Assembly (NCBI GenBank): GCA_021323375.2
Contig: JAJPCT020000006.1
Span: 1 to 38,678 of the forward strand
Reading direction: 5' to 3'
Origin: Candidatus Wolframiiraptor gerlachensis
GTDB taxonomy: Archaea; Thermoproteota; Nitrososphaeria_A; Caldarchaeales; Wolframiiraptoraceae
Length of the DNA stretch: 38,678 nt
Part shown: positions 36,052 through 38,678 of the stretch, piece after piece
Position numbering within the stretch: position 1 is the stretch's first letter
How the letters are laid out: every line of letters starts with the position of its first letter
Notes under the pieces: generated by a model
Databases searched by the model: none
What the model saw: the letters and a program-made list of their open reading frames with translations, nothing else
What the model was told of the DNA's origin: nothing
Translations under genes and position numbers: made by a program

Positions 36052-36587
36052 GATATCATCCCCCTATAACTCCTCTCCAAGACCGTGATCAGCGGAATGG
36101 AGCAGATTCCGAAGAGGGCTGCATTGCTCATTTCATGGATTATCGCGAAGGGTATGCCGGCGATCAGCGCCGCAATGATCGGGACGTTGAACGTCAGGGC
36201 GAAGGCGATATTCGTGATTAGGTCGTAGATGAGGGTTAGTAGGAAGCCCATGGCGCCAAATAGCATGCTCAGCCCAGCCCTATTGCCGGAGGTGCTCACT
36301 ATTGATAAAGACTTACCGAGGAGGCCTCCCGCGACGCCGTACATCGACTCGGATAACATGGTCGCGATCCAGATCTGGGGCACGAATCCATAGGGATTCA
36401 GCACGCCGTAAACGGCCCAGACGAGGATGCCAACGGAGGCGCCGATCAGGGGGCCGAAGACGAAGCCGCTCACGAAAACAAGAAGATCCATGATCTTGAA
36501 ATTCGCAACCCCTATCAGGGCATAATTTGAGCCCAAGCATGCGGCCACCGTAACTGCTATTAGGCTGACCTTTTTGCTCTCGAACAT
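36039..36587 (-). CDS. ECF transporter S component (CbrT-like)
   Basis: About six TMs; NFKIMD...GFVFGP..G, YDLITN, GIPF..IHE.SN. Confidence 0.75.
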   Translation of the reverse strand: MFESKKVSLIAVTVAACLGSNYALIGVANFKIMDLLVFVSGFVFGPLIGASVGILVWAVYGVLNPYGFVPQIWIATMLSESMYGVAGGLLGKSLSIVSTSGNRAGLSMLFGAMGFLLTLIYDLITNIAFALTFNVPIIAALIAGIPFAIIHEMSNAALFGICSIPLITVLERSYRGMISWRL

Positions 36588-36688
36588 GTTGGATGGATAA
36601 TCCATCCAATTCATAAATCTTATCCTTACCCGCCTCCCAAAATATTACCAAAGGTCTAAGCGATGCCCCAGCATTTATCAGCTCGGGG

Positions 36689-36745
36689 ATGAAGAGACCC
36701 TCGATTGCTGATCGTGATGTGATGAGCTGGGGGAATGCTTTCAGA
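36689..36745 (+). ncRNA. Incomplete box C/D-like RNA candidate
   Basis: ATGAAGA-12 nt-CTGA-7 nt-GTGATGA; no canonical terminal D box. Confidence 0.3.
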
Positions 36746-37088
36746 CCCGGTCAGGCCTGAACATTTTGAGGAGGGCTCTTCGAGCGTTCTCATCGTTCCG
36801 GCGCATGAGGACTATTACCTCATCTGGGCTTGATGCATTGATCGCGCCCTCGCGGATCATCGTCGAGAACAATACTCTCAGGAGGGCCTCCGCCCCCTCC
36901 CCAAATACCGCTCTGAAGGCGTTGTAAAGCCTGTTAGGATTCTCGTAAAACACTTGGTAGGGGCTCTCGCCGAGAACCTTCCTCAACTGATACTCAAGTG
37001 CCACAAGCCCTGTATTACCCAATAATCTTAGGAGCCATTGCTTCAGAAGCCTCTCAACATAATCCCTAGATGAGTTCTCACCGACCAC
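36741..37088 (-). CDS. Small helical protein, DUF3227/NitrOD5-like
   Basis: LLG...LEYQL...ENPNRLYNAFRAVFGEGAEALL pattern. Confidence 0.5.
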   Translation of the reverse strand: MVGENSSRDYVERLLKQWLLRLLGNTGLVALEYQLRKVLGESPYQVFYENPNRLYNAFRAVFGEGAEALLRVLFSTMIREGAINASSPDEVIVLMRRNDENARRALLKMFRPDRV

Positions 37089-37286
37089 CTCATCAGCCCT
37101 AAAACATGGTCATTCCCATAAGATTTAGTGTTTTCACATGTTGGCCACACGCCTTGTAAGCGGCCTAAATTACAATAATAAGGAGCATATTCGGCTCCAA
37201 GTGCCCGCCGATAGACGTTATTGCCGGATGAATGTTAAAAATCTACGGGGAGCATTGTTTTCTTGAATCTTGTTCTTGAGGGTGGC

Positions 37287-37937
37287 ATGGGGCTGATGGG
37301 GCTTAAGCTCCTCTGCTTAATTCTCTTAAGCACAATCATTTTAGGAGCAGTTCTTGGAGCATCTTTAGAACTTGAGACAATCAGCATGCTCCCATCCCTG
37401 AAAGCAGCCTCCTCGAGAGCGATCATTATTGCGAAGACGATCTTTCAGGCTATCCGCCACCTAGGGCTCGACGACGCTCAGACATTGACCCTATCACCAG
37501 GCATAGGGATATTCGCCAACAACGCCCTCACAACCATACTCATACTCTTCTCGCCGATACCAATCCTACTGGCCAAGCCATTCTCGGATAAGCATCTATC
37601 CAAGCTCCATTATGAGCATGGAATCCGGCTCTTCAAGCCAATAGGATGCTATCGCTAATCCTGCCATCATATGCGCTAGGCCTACAATTCTACATGATTG
37701 GAGGAGCCCTCGCGCTTCATGGCTTAGACGTGGCCGCATTAACAATTTCTAGCGATCGAGACAGCTACAGTATCATTCTCATGTATCCTTGCTCTCCTGC
37801 CAGGCCTCTCAAGAAACCCTTTCCAGTATCTCGGGAAATATGCCAGAGCGCTTAAGCTCGCCATGCCAGCGATATTGGCATGTCTTCTCGCTGCCGCGAT
37901 CCTCGAGTCCCATCAACTACTCCTATTGGCCAGCTGA
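37287..37937 (+). pseudogene. SpoIIM-like membrane protein, two frameshifts
   Basis: IFANNA in frame 1; a hydrophobic segment in frame 2 (37646-~37748); LAIETATV...LLAAAILES-...TGA(37935-37937) in a third piece. Confidence 0.55.
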
Positions 37938-37997
37938 CGGGGAAATGCGCGGAATATGGTTAAAGTTAAATATGTCTCGTGATGCCGTGGCGGGAGA

Positions 37998-38498
37998 ATG
38001 GGGCTTTACGGGAAGCTTGAGGAGCTGTGGCGGGAAAAGCCTGAGGAGCTCCGAGCCCTAATGAGGCAGAGGCTAATCAGGTGGCGGAGGGAGCCCGCGG
38101 TAGTCAGGATTAGGAAGCCCCTCAGGCTGGATAGGGCTAGAAAGCTCGGCTACAAGGCGAAGCAGGGATTCATAGTGCTCCGGGTCAGGGTTAGAAGGGG
38201 CGGGTTCCAGAAGCCTAGACCAAGATCAGGCAGAAGGCCGAAAGCCCTCGGAGTCGTAAAACATAAAGTGAATGTCTCAATGAAGGAGGAGGCGATCCAG
38301 CGCGCAAAGAAGAAGTACCCGAACCTCTACCCGCTCGGAGCCTACTGGATCGCCGAGGACGGCTTATACAAGTGGTATGAGGTCATAATGGTTGATCCGC
38401 ATCACCCGGCAATACTAAATGATGAGGAGCTTCGGCTTCCCGATCCCCTCCTGAGAAGGATTAAAAAGAAATTGGAGAAAAAGAAGCAAGAGAAGTAG
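37998..38498 (+). CDS. rpl15e: 50S ribosomal protein L15e
   Basis: RLDRARKLGYKAKQG, GRRPK, KWYEVIMVDP. Confidence 0.95.
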   Translation: MGLYGKLEELWREKPEELRALMRQRLIRWRREPAVVRIRKPLRLDRARKLGYKAKQGFIVLRVRVRRGGFQKPRPRSGRRPKALGVVKHKVNVSMKEEAIQRAKKKYPNLYPLGAYWIAEDGLYKWYEVIMVDPHHPAILNDEELRLPDPLLRRIKKKLEKKKQEK

Positions 38499-38505
38499 GG
38501 AGCTA

Positions 38506-38678
38506 TTACTCAACCTTTATCACGCCGACTGGGCATCCGTCAGCGGCGCTCTTAACATCATTCAACAGGTTATTAGATGCTTCTCCAACAGCTGGATCTC
38601 CGCCAACCCTATACTTCTCGACTATCTGGCTCTTACCATCATCGGGGTTTTGCTCGAAGAACTCGGGGACGAGGGCCC
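38506..38678 (-). CDS. Ferredoxin, single-cluster type (partial, 3' end)
   Basis: Not in ORF track: ALVPEFFEQNPDDGKSQIVEKYR...AADGCPVGVIKVE-TAA. Confidence 0.75.
   Translation of the reverse strand, partial: ALVPEFFEQNPDDGKSQIVEKYRVGGDPAVGEASNNLLNDVKSAADGCPVGVIKVE

Noticed and set aside
5814-36651. Many antisense/overlapping ORFs in the track (e.g. 6637-7152, 15174-15716, 35076-35579)
   Set aside because: Shadow frames of well-supported genes, with no motifs of their own.
36615-36740. Cobalamin riboswitch before the ECF gene
   Set aside because: No B12-box consensus on the minus strand; a TATA-like sequence implies a leaderless transcript.

Overview
Archaeal chromosomal DNA; gene content and intron-containing tRNAs suggest a thermophilic TACK lineage (inference only). 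(1) ~105-5180 looks like a virus/plasmid-derived island: small RHH/zinc-finger genes sharing a TTAAAGCC promoter, a dense palindrome cluster, a surface metzincin protease, a Thr-rich membrane protein and a canonical box C/D sRNA. (2) 5181-21434 is housekeeping, rich in RNA-modification and sulfur/Fe-S genes (MtaB-type methylthiotransferase, degenerate ThiI, RNase J-like, IMPDH with a box C/D RNA at its 5' end, KptA, IscU/IscS, a Cys-rich regulator, TusA, SufS), plus a PIN-ATPase lacking Walker A and an OST3/6/DC2-like protein. (3) 21540-23084 is a ~1.5 kb relic bounded by a partial intron-less copy of the tRNA-Ala(GGC) 3' half; it carries an HTH-LAGLIDADG gene broken by two tandem duplications, and the tRNA itself has two non-canonical BHB introns. 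(4) The remainder holds rpl37e, Lsm, a SepF-like gene, aCPSF1/FttA, proteasome beta, FKBP, tRNA-Leu(UAA) with an intron, two divergent GH130 genes with a triple operator-like repeat, a KaiC module, a putative B12 ECF module, a SpoIIM-like pseudogene, rpl15e and a partial ferredoxin. All calls come from motif recognition by eye; no searches were run.
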